53,764 bases of DNA from Pyrinomonadaceae bacterium (GTDB lineage: Bacteria > Acidobacteriota > Blastocatellia > Pyrinomonadales > Pyrinomonadaceae), in assembly GCA_025923035.1 (NCBI GenBank), contig JAICGQ010000001.1, positions 1 through 53,764 of the forward strand, written 5' to 3'. The notes under the pieces are model-generated. The model saw nothing but the letters and a program-made list of their open reading frames with translations, ran no database searches and was not told where the DNA came from. Every line of letters starts with the position of its first letter. The first letter of the stretch is position 1. The position numbers and the translations under genes were made by a program. Shown here piece by piece: positions 35,659 to 43,388 of this stretch.

Positions 35659-36462
35659 CTATTTCAGTAGTTTCGAAACGTCCAGCACTTGTTCGGGACG
35701 CGCGCGTACCCAGTAGTTCTCCGTCAGGTGGACCCAACGCACCGTTCCCGTCGTATCGATCAAAAACTCCGCGGGCCGCGAGATGTCGTGTCCGCCTTCA
35801 CCGGCGCCGGCATGAACCAGGTCGTAACGCCGGATCGCCTCGACATTCGGATCGGAAAGAATCGGAAACGTATAACCCTGCTGCTGTGCGAGGTTGCGCG
35901 ACGCTTCCGGAGTATCGACGCTGATCGCCACCGGACGAATTCCCTGCGCGTTCAACTGCTCGATGTTCTGTTGAATACCCCGCAACTCGGAGTTGCAGGA
36001 TGGTCACCAGTAACCACGATAAAAAACCAGCAACACGCCTTTCGGCGGAGTTCCATTGATCGGCGTCGAAAGCAGCTCGTTCAATGAAACAGCTTTTCCG
36101 CCGGTATCATTGAGCGTAAAGTCCGGCGCCTTCTGTCCGACTTGCGGCGCGCCTTTCGATGCCGGCAGCGCACGCCCGCCGACAAAGAAACCAACCAGAA
36201 ACAGCGCAATCACGACGACGCCCAAAGTCGTGACAATCGCAGCCACGACCTTCGAGCGCCGTCGATCACTCGCGAACGCGCGTCGCACGCCGAGGAACAG
36301 CAACCCTGCCGCGACGGCGAAGATCAACAGGTTCGCCCAGGGGAAGTCGCGCGTCACCGGATACCAAACAAAGACAGCGAGGTAACTAAAAACTCCTACC
36401 ACGCTCAACACGAAACCGAGCCACAACGGCCAGTTGAATCGTCGTACATTCATAAGTCGCAC
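35659..36462 (-). CDS. membrane-anchored AhpC/TSA (peroxiredoxin/redoxin)-like protein with in-frame TGA at the catalytic Cys position (candidate selenoprotein, U153)
   Basis: The two listed ORFs (36004..36462 and 35659..35985) are in the same frame, separated only by TGA 36004-36006. The joined sequence reads ...GQKAPDFTL...VLLVFYRGYW-U-PSCNSELRGIQ..., which matches the W-C-P-x-C redox motif. Confidence 0.6.
35977..36001 (-). ncRNA. candidate bacterial SECIS-like hairpin
   Basis: The mRNA reads UGA CC AUCCUGCAAC-UCCGA-GUUGCGGGGU, giving a 10-bp stem (3 G-U pairs) that starts 3 nt after the UGA. The apical loop lies about 16-20 nt downstream. Confidence 0.4.
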
Positions 36463-36465
36463 GCC

Positions 36466-36825
36466 TTATAAATCGACCAGTCCCTTGAAACCGCCGTACG
36501 CCATTCGCTTGACGTCGAACGGCATCGGTCCCCCTTTCATCATCTTTTCCAGGCGCGAATCGGCCATCACCTTCTTGTTCACTTTGTCGCGGTGAGCGCG
36601 GGATTTAAAGACGATGAATGAGAAGAGCACGACTTCACCCGGTTTCGGTTTCGCCAACTTGGTAAAAGGGACACCGAACTTCACGTCGAGGTCGTCGCCA
36701 ATTGCCTCGACGTATTCAAGCGCACCATGCTCTTTCCAGACCTTTCCGGCTTTCTGAGCCATGCTGCGATATGCCGTGAGGTTTTTCTCGGGAACGGAAA
36801 GTACAAATCCATCAACGTATCTCAT
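36466..36825 (-). CDS. DUF1428 family protein
   Basis: MRYVDGFVLSVPEKNLTAYRSMAQKAGKVWKEHGALEYVE is typical of DUF1428. Confidence 0.7.
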   Translation of the reverse strand: MRYVDGFVLSVPEKNLTAYRSMAQKAGKVWKEHGALEYVEAIGDDLDVKFGVPFTKLAKPKPGEVVLFSFIVFKSRAHRDKVNKKVMADSRLEKMMKGGPMPFDVKRMAYGGFKGLVDL

Positions 36826-36852
36826 GTGTTGTCCTCGTCAGATGATTTTGGT

Positions 36853-37278
36853 TTACGCGGAACCGTGCGCGCCTGCCTGCTCGACGTTGACCATCCAGGG
36901 GATGCCGAAACGATCGACGCACATGCCAAAGCCTGCGGCCCAGAACGTCGGTTGATACGGCATTTGCACCTGTCCGTTCTCCGAGAGCGCGTTGAAGATC
37001 TGTTCGCCCTTGGCCGGGTCCTGGAGTGATAACGAAACGGAAATCCCCTGAGGTTGTTGATAGTGTCCCGGAGGTGCGTCAGAGGCCATCACTCTCGTCT
37101 CGCCGATCAGCAGACTTGCGTGAAGGACTTTCTGCGCCCATTCCGCCGGAACTGTATCGCAGGCGGGGCTGCCTTCGAACGGCATACTCATTTCGATCTT
37201 GGCGCCCAATGCCTGTTCGTAAAACTTCAGGGCTTCGGCACAGTTGCCATTGAACATCAGGTACGGGTTTACGAGCAT
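36853..37278 (-). CDS. VOC/glyoxalase-fold protein (PhnB/YjdN-like)
   Basis: PYLMFNGNCAEALKFYEQALGA opening and FGIPWMVN near the C-terminus. Confidence 0.75.
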   Translation of the reverse strand: MLVNPYLMFNGNCAEALKFYEQALGAKIEMSMPFEGSPACDTVPAEWAQKVLHASLLIGETRVMASDAPPGHYQQPQGISVSLSLQDPAKGEQIFNALSENGQVQMPYQPTFWAAGFGMCVDRFGIPWMVNVEQAGAHGSA

Positions 37279-37314
37279 TGTCTTTCTCCTTTCAAATTCG
37301 GACGTGATAATTGC

Positions 37315-37692
37315 TTAGCGATGCGGATACACACGCCACCGCTCATATGCGATACACAGCAACAACAGAAGAATTACGAACGGCGCTATCGCCATTCGCA
37401 CGCCGTCGCCCATTATCGTTACGACAACGGCGCCGACCATGACGATCGCCAATCCCAACGCGGCAAGTGGCGTTAAATACTGTCTGTTCTTTAAAAGGCC
37501 AGGCAGGATCAGCCCGAGTGCGCCCAGCACTTCGACGACGCCAATGAAGCGAATGAACCAGCCGGGCAACATCACCTGGTTAGGCGAGCCCTGCTGTATC
37601 AGGACGTCGAGCGGCATGATCAACTTTGTGCCGCCCGCGAACAGGAACAACAGCGCGAGCAACACCTGGAGGATCCAAAGTACGACATTCAT
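37315..37692 (-). CDS. DoxX family membrane protein
   Basis: Four hydrophobic helices and an LQVLLALLFLFAGGTKL opening typical of DoxX. Confidence 0.7.
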   Translation of the reverse strand: MNVVLWILQVLLALLFLFAGGTKLIMPLDVLIQQGSPNQVMLPGWFIRFIGVVEVLGALGLILPGLLKNRQYLTPLAALGLAIVMVGAVVVTIMGDGVRMAIAPFVILLLLLCIAYERWRVYPHR

Positions 37693-37717
37693 CTCGATTC
37701 GTTTCCTTTACTAGAAA

Positions 37718-38131
37718 CTAACTTCGCAATGGGAGCAGCTCGCGCAGTCGAGCATCGCGCAAGTAAAGTCCGAGCCAGATCAGAACGCCGAACGTCACGG
37801 CGAAGACGACGCCAAATGCACCATCGCCCAAACGTCCCACGTGAGTGGCGACGGCGCCGCCGAGATATCCGGTCAGCAGAATTGCGCCCAGCATCGCAGT
37901 CCGTGGAACCAGGTAGAGCACGGTGCAGGCAATCAAGATTATTCCGAGAGGTATGATTACGCTCTCAGAATAACCGAGTTTGACCGTCCCTTCTACAACC
38001 GGCGCGGGCTTGAACAACTTCGCCACGCCGTCCACTAACAAAAACAGTGCGGGGAGCCAACTCACAATCCGTCCGGCCCAAACACCCTTCGCGGGCACTG
38101 GACCTGCCTGAACATTCGCTACCATAAACAT
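37718..38131 (-). CDS. DoxX-like membrane protein
   Basis: Four predicted TM helices with LFLLVDGVAKLFKP and LLTGYLGGAVATHV segments. Confidence 0.6.
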   Translation of the reverse strand: MFMVANVQAGPVPAKGVWAGRIVSWLPALFLLVDGVAKLFKPAPVVEGTVKLGYSESVIIPLGIILIACTVLYLVPRTAMLGAILLTGYLGGAVATHVGRLGDGAFGVVFAVTFGVLIWLGLYLRDARLRELLPLRS

Positions 38132-38167
38132 CTCTCCTTACATGCGCCTGAATCAGACGCTCTAACG

Positions 38168-38623
38168 TCAAGGCGTTAAATCAAGGGCCGCCCTGAAACT
38201 GCCGTCCATGTAAAAAGGCACTGACACGTGCTCGTGATCGACGAGCCATTTGCCCTCCGTTCTCTGAAAACCGATCGTCACACGGACCCAGTGATCGTTC
38301 TTCTGACCCTGCTTGCTGGTACCGCTGATATGGTTCATGCAGTAAGCGAAGGCCGCGTCAGTGCCCGCTAGTATTTTCAATCCGGTGATCTCAACGCCGA
38401 TTGGACCATCGAACGTCTTGAACCATTCTGCGAGGTTCTGTCTCGCCGTCTCTTTGCCGCGATTCTCCAGCGGCGGCGCGAGATCGAATTGCACGACGTC
38501 GTCAGCGTAATGCGATACACACCGATCGGCGTCTTTATTTCGGAGCCCCTCGCCGTAGTCTTCTATGATTGCGCGAATCTCCGCCTCGTCGGTTGTTCTG
38601 TCTGTACCTTGGGCCGCTTTCAT
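38168..38623 (-). CDS. SnoaL-like / NTF2-fold (DUF4440-type) protein
   Basis: The EIRAIIEDYGEGLRNKDADRCVSHYADDVV pattern and a length of about 150 aa. Confidence 0.6.
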   Translation of the reverse strand: MKAAQGTDRTTDEAEIRAIIEDYGEGLRNKDADRCVSHYADDVVQFDLAPPLENRGKETARQNLAEWFKTFDGPIGVEITGLKILAGTDAAFAYCMNHISGTSKQGQKNDHWVRVTIGFQRTEGKWLVDHEHVSVPFYMDGSFRAALDLTP

Positions 38624-38642
38624 ATCTTCTCCCCTCTTGAAG

Positions 38643-39005
38643 CTAATTTGCGGACGTTGGCAGACCGTTAATCTCGAGCACCGGGCGGATTTCGATCGTG
38701 CCCACTTTGGCTACCGGAATTCGTTCGGCGATGCTCATTGCCTCGTCCAGGTTGGGGGCTTCAATCAAGTAATAACCACCGAGTTGTTCGCGCGTCTCTG
38801 CAAACGGACCATCGGTTACCAACCGTTTGCCGTTGCGCACACGAACGCTCGTCGCAGTCGCTACCGGATGCAGCGGACCGGCGGAAACGTAGTTGCCGCG
38901 TTCGCTGAGATCGCGCGCGAGTTGCGCCGACTCGACATAGCAGTGTTCCCGTTCGCTGTCGCTCAGCGCCTGTTCGTCGAGATAAACCAGCAACATGTAT
39001 CTCAT
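38643..39005 (-). CDS. YCII-related domain protein
   Basis: MRYMLLVYLDE opening and the VTDGPFAETREQLGGYYLIEA motif. Divergent from the ECF sigma gene. Confidence 0.8.
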   Translation of the reverse strand: MRYMLLVYLDEQALSDSEREHCYVESAQLARDLSERGNYVSAGPLHPVATATSVRVRNGKRLVTDGPFAETREQLGGYYLIEAPNLDEAMSIAERIPVAKVGTIEIRPVLEINGLPTSAN

Positions 39006-39083
39006 GATTGTGTGCCTCCAATGATAAATCGAACGGGAAGGCCCAGGATCGACACTTCAATGTAGTTTTTTTTATTATCAAAC

Positions 39084-40340
39084 ATGCCTCCGAACCCCAA
39101 CGTTGCTGTCGACGCTGTGTATCGTTCTGATTGGGGACGGATTGTTGCGACCCTCATACGCCAATTTGGAGATTTCGAACTCGCCGAAGACGCTGCCCAG
39201 GAAGCATTCACAGCCGCCGTCGACCAATGGCGCACCGAAGGCGTACCCGATTCTCCGCGCGCCTGGATTATTCAAACAGCCAAACACAAAGCCATCGATC
39301 GGCTGCGGCGTCAGACCCGTCTACAAGAAAAGCTCGAGGAGTTTCCGGAGCTTACCATTGAGCCGACCGTCGATGGTCCAGATCTCGACTTCGCGGAGAT
39401 TCCTGACGATCGTCTGCGGCTGATATTCACATGCTGCCATCCGGCAATTTCACTGGAAGCCCAGGTCGCGCTGACGCTGCGCACTTTAGGCGGACTCCAG
39501 ACCGACGAGATCGCCCGCGCCTTTCTGGTGCCCACCGCGACGATGGCCCAACGTCTCGTCCGTGCGAAACGAAAGATCCGCGACGCTGGAATTCCCTTTT
39601 CCATTCCCGACACGAGCGACATGCCGGAGCGGCTCGACGCCGTGCTCACCGCCATCTACCTGATCTTCAACGAAGGTTACGCGCCAACACGGGGCAAACC
39701 GCTCGTCAGGGCAGATCTCTGCGCTGAGGCAATCCGTCTTGCGCGCTTAGTCACAACCCTGTTGGAACCAAATCCGCCGGTTGAAGCAACTGCGCTACTC
39801 GCTCTGATGTTGCTGCACGATTCACGACGCGAAGCACGTCTCGACGATGAGGGGGATCTCGTCATTCTTGAAGAACAGGACCGCAGCCGTTGGAACAGGC
39901 CGCAGATCGATGAGGCGTTATCGCTTGTCAATCACAAGTTGAGCGGCGCGTCCGGTCCATATGCAATCGAAGCCGCGATCTCTGCCGAACACTGCAAAGC
40001 CGCTCGTGCCGAGGACACCGACTGGCGCAGAATCGTCAGACTCTACGATCTGCTCCACGAACTACTGCCGTCGCCAATCATCGCGCTCAACCGCGCGGTC
40101 GCGATCGGCATGGCTAATGGTCCATCATCGGCGCTTGCGCTGATAGACAACCTGTCAGCGTCAGGTGAACTCGACGGCTATCACCTTCTGCATGCCGCGC
40201 GCGCCGACATGCTGCGAAGACTGGGCGCGAACCGCGAAGCGGCCGAGAGCTATGACGTCGCCCTCGGCCTCGTCAGTAACGACGGCGAGCGCCGCTTCCT
40301 CGAGCGACGCCTGCGCGAAGTCACCTCGAGCACTCACTAG
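39084..40340 (+). CDS. ECF-type RNA polymerase sigma factor with long C-terminal helical extension
   Basis: Sigma-2 (EDAAQEAFTAAVDQW...AWIIQTAKHKAIDRLRR) and sigma-4 (LRTLGGLQTDEIARAFLVPTATMAQRLVRAKRKI) regions, plus a C-terminal domain of about 220 aa. This is the architecture usually found next to YCII genes. Confidence 0.8.
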   Translation: MPPNPNVAVDAVYRSDWGRIVATLIRQFGDFELAEDAAQEAFTAAVDQWRTEGVPDSPRAWIIQTAKHKAIDRLRRQTRLQEKLEEFPELTIEPTVDGPDLDFAEIPDDRLRLIFTCCHPAISLEAQVALTLRTLGGLQTDEIARAFLVPTATMAQRLVRAKRKIRDAGIPFSIPDTSDMPERLDAVLTAIYLIFNEGYAPTRGKPLVRADLCAEAIRLARLVTTLLEPNPPVEATALLALMLLHDSRREARLDDEGDLVILEEQDRSRWNRPQIDEALSLVNHKLSGASGPYAIEAAISAEHCKAARAEDTDWRRIVRLYDLLHELLPSPIIALNRAVAIGMANGPSSALALIDNLSASGELDGYHLLHAARADMLRRLGANREAAESYDVALGLVSNDGERRFLERRLREVTSSTH

Positions 40341-40380
40341 ATAGGTGGGCTCCCAAACTAGTTAAGCTCGCTCCGCGTTT

Positions 40381-40854
40381 CTAACCTTGTCCGCCGCCGG
40401 CGGCCATGGCCGCGAGGCGCTTGTCGATCTCTTCCGGCGTCACGTCTTCCTTGTGTGTGGCGACGGTCCAGATGTGACCGAAGGGATCTTCGAGGGTCCC
40501 GGATCGGTCACCGTAGAATTGATCCTGCAAGGCTTTCTTTTCGGTGCCGCCGGCCTCGAGTGCCTGCTTGAACATCGCGTCGCAGTCGTCGGTGTAAATC
40601 ATCAGCCCGACTGCCGAACCGCCGATCGACTTCGGTCCCCTGTAACCCATTTCCGGATGTTCGTCGGAAAGCATGAACGCCGAGTCGCCGATCTTCATTT
40701 CGGCGTGCGCGATCTTTCCTTCATGTTCCATGCGAAACAGTTCGGTCGCGCCAAACGCTGCCTTGTAGTAATCGAGCGCCCTTGCGCCGTCATCGACAAC
40801 CAAGTAAGGAGTTAACGAGTGATATCCCTCGGGAATCGGTTTTACGTCCGCCAT
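40381..40854 (-). CDS. VOC/glyoxalase-fold protein (PhnB-like)
   Basis: The internal Met gives MADVKPIPEGYHSLTPYLVVDD...FGHIWTV. The listed upstream extension to 40989 is Arg-rich and would overlap the preceding gene. Confidence 0.75.
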   Translation of the reverse strand: MADVKPIPEGYHSLTPYLVVDDGARALDYYKAAFGATELFRMEHEGKIAHAEMKIGDSAFMLSDEHPEMGYRGPKSIGGSAVGLMIYTDDCDAMFKQALEAGGTEKKALQDQFYGDRSGTLEDPFGHIWTVATHKEDVTPEEIDKRLAAMAAGGGQG

Positions 40855-40889
40855 GGTTATTTCCCTTTCGTCTGAATGTGTCTGTAGTA

Positions 40890-41756
40890 CTACTTCAACA
40901 GTTTCTTCTTGTCGACAAACGCGATGACCGCGTCGTTGAATTCCTTGCTCTTTTCGAGGTGCAGAAAGTGGTCCACACCTTCCATCCACTGCAGCTCAAG
41001 ATCGGGTGCCAGCCCTCTCAGAAACTGTTCGGTGTCAGGTGGCCAGAATGGCGATTTCGCGAGGATCGCCAACACTGGCACGTTGATCTTGTCTGAAGTG
41101 TAAAGCGAGTCGTCGTTCATCCTTTCCATCGCACTCACAAGCACATTCTGCGGAGTATTGGTGAACGACACCCAGATACGTTCCCGCTCATCAGCCGGAA
41201 GCAGCCCGGCCATCTGATCAAACATCGGCTTCGCAGCTTCTTTGTAACCGGGTGAGCGAAACGCGTTTAAGTATTGATCCCGCATCGCCTTGTCACCAAA
41301 CGGACGTAACCCGCCGTCCACGATCACGATTGCGAGCGTCTTCTTTGGATACTTGCGATAGAACTGCCGGGCCACCGGCGTGCCCATGCTGTGACCGAGG
41401 ATAACTCCCCGTTCGACTTTCGCATCTTTCATCACCGCGTCGATCGCCGCGGCGAAATGGTCCATCGTGTAGGCGAGTTCCGGTTTGTCACTCTTACCGT
41501 GTCCCGGCAAGTCGAGCGCGATCACTCTGCCGCGTTTTGCGAGGACTGGAATCTGCTTGCCCCAAGCCTCGAGATTCGAGCTCCATCCATGGACCAGCAC
41601 AAACGCATCGCTTCCCTGTCCGTAACTCTGATAATGAATCTTCGCTCCGTTGAGCGTCGCAAACTTCGACTCACCGTCTTTCGCCGAAACCACCGCCGGC
41701 ATCGCCACGAACAAAAGCAACAGTATGGGTAAGGTCTGTCTGAATTTACTACTCAT
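40890..41756 (-). CDS. secreted alpha/beta hydrolase
   Basis: Signal peptide, HGWSS oxyanion region, GHSMG nucleophile elbow, and a C-terminal His (VDHFLHLE). Confidence 0.85.
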   Translation of the reverse strand: MSSKFRQTLPILLLLFVAMPAVVSAKDGESKFATLNGAKIHYQSYGQGSDAFVLVHGWSSNLEAWGKQIPVLAKRGRVIALDLPGHGKSDKPELAYTMDHFAAAIDAVMKDAKVERGVILGHSMGTPVARQFYRKYPKKTLAIVIVDGGLRPFGDKAMRDQYLNAFRSPGYKEAAKPMFDQMAGLLPADERERIWVSFTNTPQNVLVSAMERMNDDSLYTSDKINVPVLAILAKSPFWPPDTEQFLRGLAPDLELQWMEGVDHFLHLEKSKEFNDAVIAFVDKKKLLK

Positions 41757-42568
41757 TACATCTTCTCCCTGGTCGTATTTCTGACAATGACAAGCGTCAT
41801 GTCGTCTGTGAGTGGACGCGGCGCCGCGAAGTCCTGCACCGCACCCAGAACTGAAAAGAGTACCGCCTCGGCCGAACCGCCTTGCGCGCGTCGAAACTCA
41901 GCCTCGAGACGTTCCCCGCCAAACTCCCGCTCGGCTTCATCAAACGATTCAAGAATGCCGTCCGAACAAACGAGCATCACGTCTTCAGATCGCAGTTGCA
42001 CTGATCCACAAGCGAACGAAGCTGACGGCACGACGCCAAGCACGGGCCCGCCTTCGGAAAGCGATTCGAGCCGCGCATCCGCTCGTAACAACAATGCTGA
42101 CGGGTGTCCTGCGCTGCAATAATCGAGCGTCCCGGTGCTGGAATCAAGTCGTCCGATGAACATCGTGCTCAACGGCTCGACTTCCGACAGACTGGCGACG
42201 TCGCGATTAACTGCGGCGGCAATCGCATGCGGCTCGCTGTTGACCGCGGTGTGCGTGCGAATCAGACCGATCAGATGCGTCACCCACATTCCCGCCGCAA
42301 GTCCTTTGCCGCCGATATCGCCGAGCGCAAACACCAGACCGCGATCGGTTTCTGCGACCGTGAAGAAATCGCCGGGCAAGTGACGCACGGCGAAAACTTC
42401 ACTGGCGATGTCAAACGGTCCGTAATGAATCAAACTCGGCGCACACAAACGACGATGCACCTGCGCGGCCTCAAAGATCGCGGCGTTCAAATCAGCGTAA
42501 TCCCTTTGTAGTGTCTCGAGCCGCTGCTCCAATTCGTTGCGCGGACTCAGCGCTGCCGCTGCGGACAT
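41756..42568 (-). CDS. PP2C/SpoIIE-family serine phosphatase
   Basis: GDFF...GDIGGKGLAAGMW...CSAGHP...DGILE...TDDMTLV motifs. The stop overlaps the hydrolase start by 1 nt. Confidence 0.8.
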   Translation of the reverse strand: MSAAAALSPRNELEQRLETLQRDYADLNAAIFEAAQVHRRLCAPSLIHYGPFDIASEVFAVRHLPGDFFTVAETDRGLVFALGDIGGKGLAAGMWVTHLIGLIRTHTAVNSEPHAIAAAVNRDVASLSEVEPLSTMFIGRLDSSTGTLDYCSAGHPSALLLRADARLESLSEGGPVLGVVPSASFACGSVQLRSEDVMLVCSDGILESFDEAEREFGGERLEAEFRRAQGGSAEAVLFSVLGAVQDFAAPRPLTDDMTLVIVRNTTREKM

Positions 42569-42580
42569 ATCTCGAAGTCC

Positions 42581-43264
42581 TCATCCAACAAATTTGTAGC
42601 CACTGCCATGAACGGTAAGAATGAAACGCGGCTCTTCCGGATTTGGTTCCAGCTTCTGCCTGAGATGAACGATGTGTGTGTCGACAGTACGTGTGGACGG
42701 ATAATTCTCATATCCCCACACCGCATCGAGCAGTCGATCGCGACTCAACGTTTCCACCGGATGAGCGATGAAGTACGCCAGCAACGCAAACTCTTTCGCC
42801 GAGAGATCAACCAGATTTCCATTGCGCCTGACTTCGTTGCTGCGAACGTTGACCTCGATATCACTGAACTTGTAAACCTCCGGCGCCGCCGCCGGTGCTG
42901 AAACTCGACGCAACACGGCTTTGACGCGCGCCATCAGCTCCCGCACGGAAAACGGTTTAGTGACGTAATCATCAGCACCCAACTCCAGACCGACAACTTT
43001 GTCGATCTCCTGGCCGCGTGCGGTCAACATGATGATGGGCGTCGAGGGACGTTTTGCTTTCAGTTGTTTGCAAACGTCGAGGCCGCTCATGCGCGGCATC
43101 ATGACGTCGAGCACGACGAGATCCGGGTTCTCAGATAACGCGCGTTCGAGTCCGCTGGCGCCGTCTTCCGCGCTGATGACTTCGTAACCTTCGTATTCGA
43201 AGTTGTCGCGCAGTCCGGCAACCATTGCGGGTTCATCTTCGACGATCAGAATCTTGCTTTTCAT
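42581..43264 (-). CDS. OmpR/PhoB-family response regulator
   Basis: Receiver domain (ILIVEDEP...VLDVMMP...MLTA) plus a winged-helix output domain (RTVDTHIVHLRQKLE...GSGYKF). Confidence 0.9.
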   Translation of the reverse strand: MKSKILIVEDEPAMVAGLRDNFEYEGYEVISAEDGASGLERALSENPDLVVLDVMMPRMSGLDVCKQLKAKRPSTPIIMLTARGQEIDKVVGLELGADDYVTKPFSVRELMARVKAVLRRVSAPAAAPEVYKFSDIEVNVRSNEVRRNGNLVDLSAKEFALLAYFIAHPVETLSRDRLLDAVWGYENYPSTRTVDTHIVHLRQKLEPNPEEPRFILTVHGSGYKFVG

Positions 43265-43283
43265 GACCTGCCCCCTTTGGCTT

Positions 43284-43378
43284 ATTGGCGATTGTCGATT
43301 GCCAATTGCCGATTTTAAGACCCTGGAAGTTCAACCAGCACTGCAACAATCGGCAATCGGCAATTGCAAATCGGCAAT
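43284..43378. repeat. imperfect 31-nt inverted repeat built from tandem heptamers (ATTGCCG / CAATCGG)
   Basis: The arms at 43284-43314 and 43348-43378 match at 26 of 31 positions as reverse complements. Each arm contains about 4 copies of a 7-mer. Located between the kinase stop and the regulator start. Confidence 0.7.
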
Positions 43379-43388
43379 CCTCAATCCC

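Noticed and set aside
36004-36006. Interpreting the TGA as a plain stop, giving either a pseudogene or two separate genes (a membrane protein plus a truncated redoxin).
   Set aside because: The stop falls exactly on the catalytic Cys codon of an otherwise intact, in-frame redoxin domain, and a hairpin follows it. A random nonsense mutation at that precise codon is much less likely. It cannot be fully excluded without evidence for the Sec machinery, so it is kept as a finding at moderate confidence.
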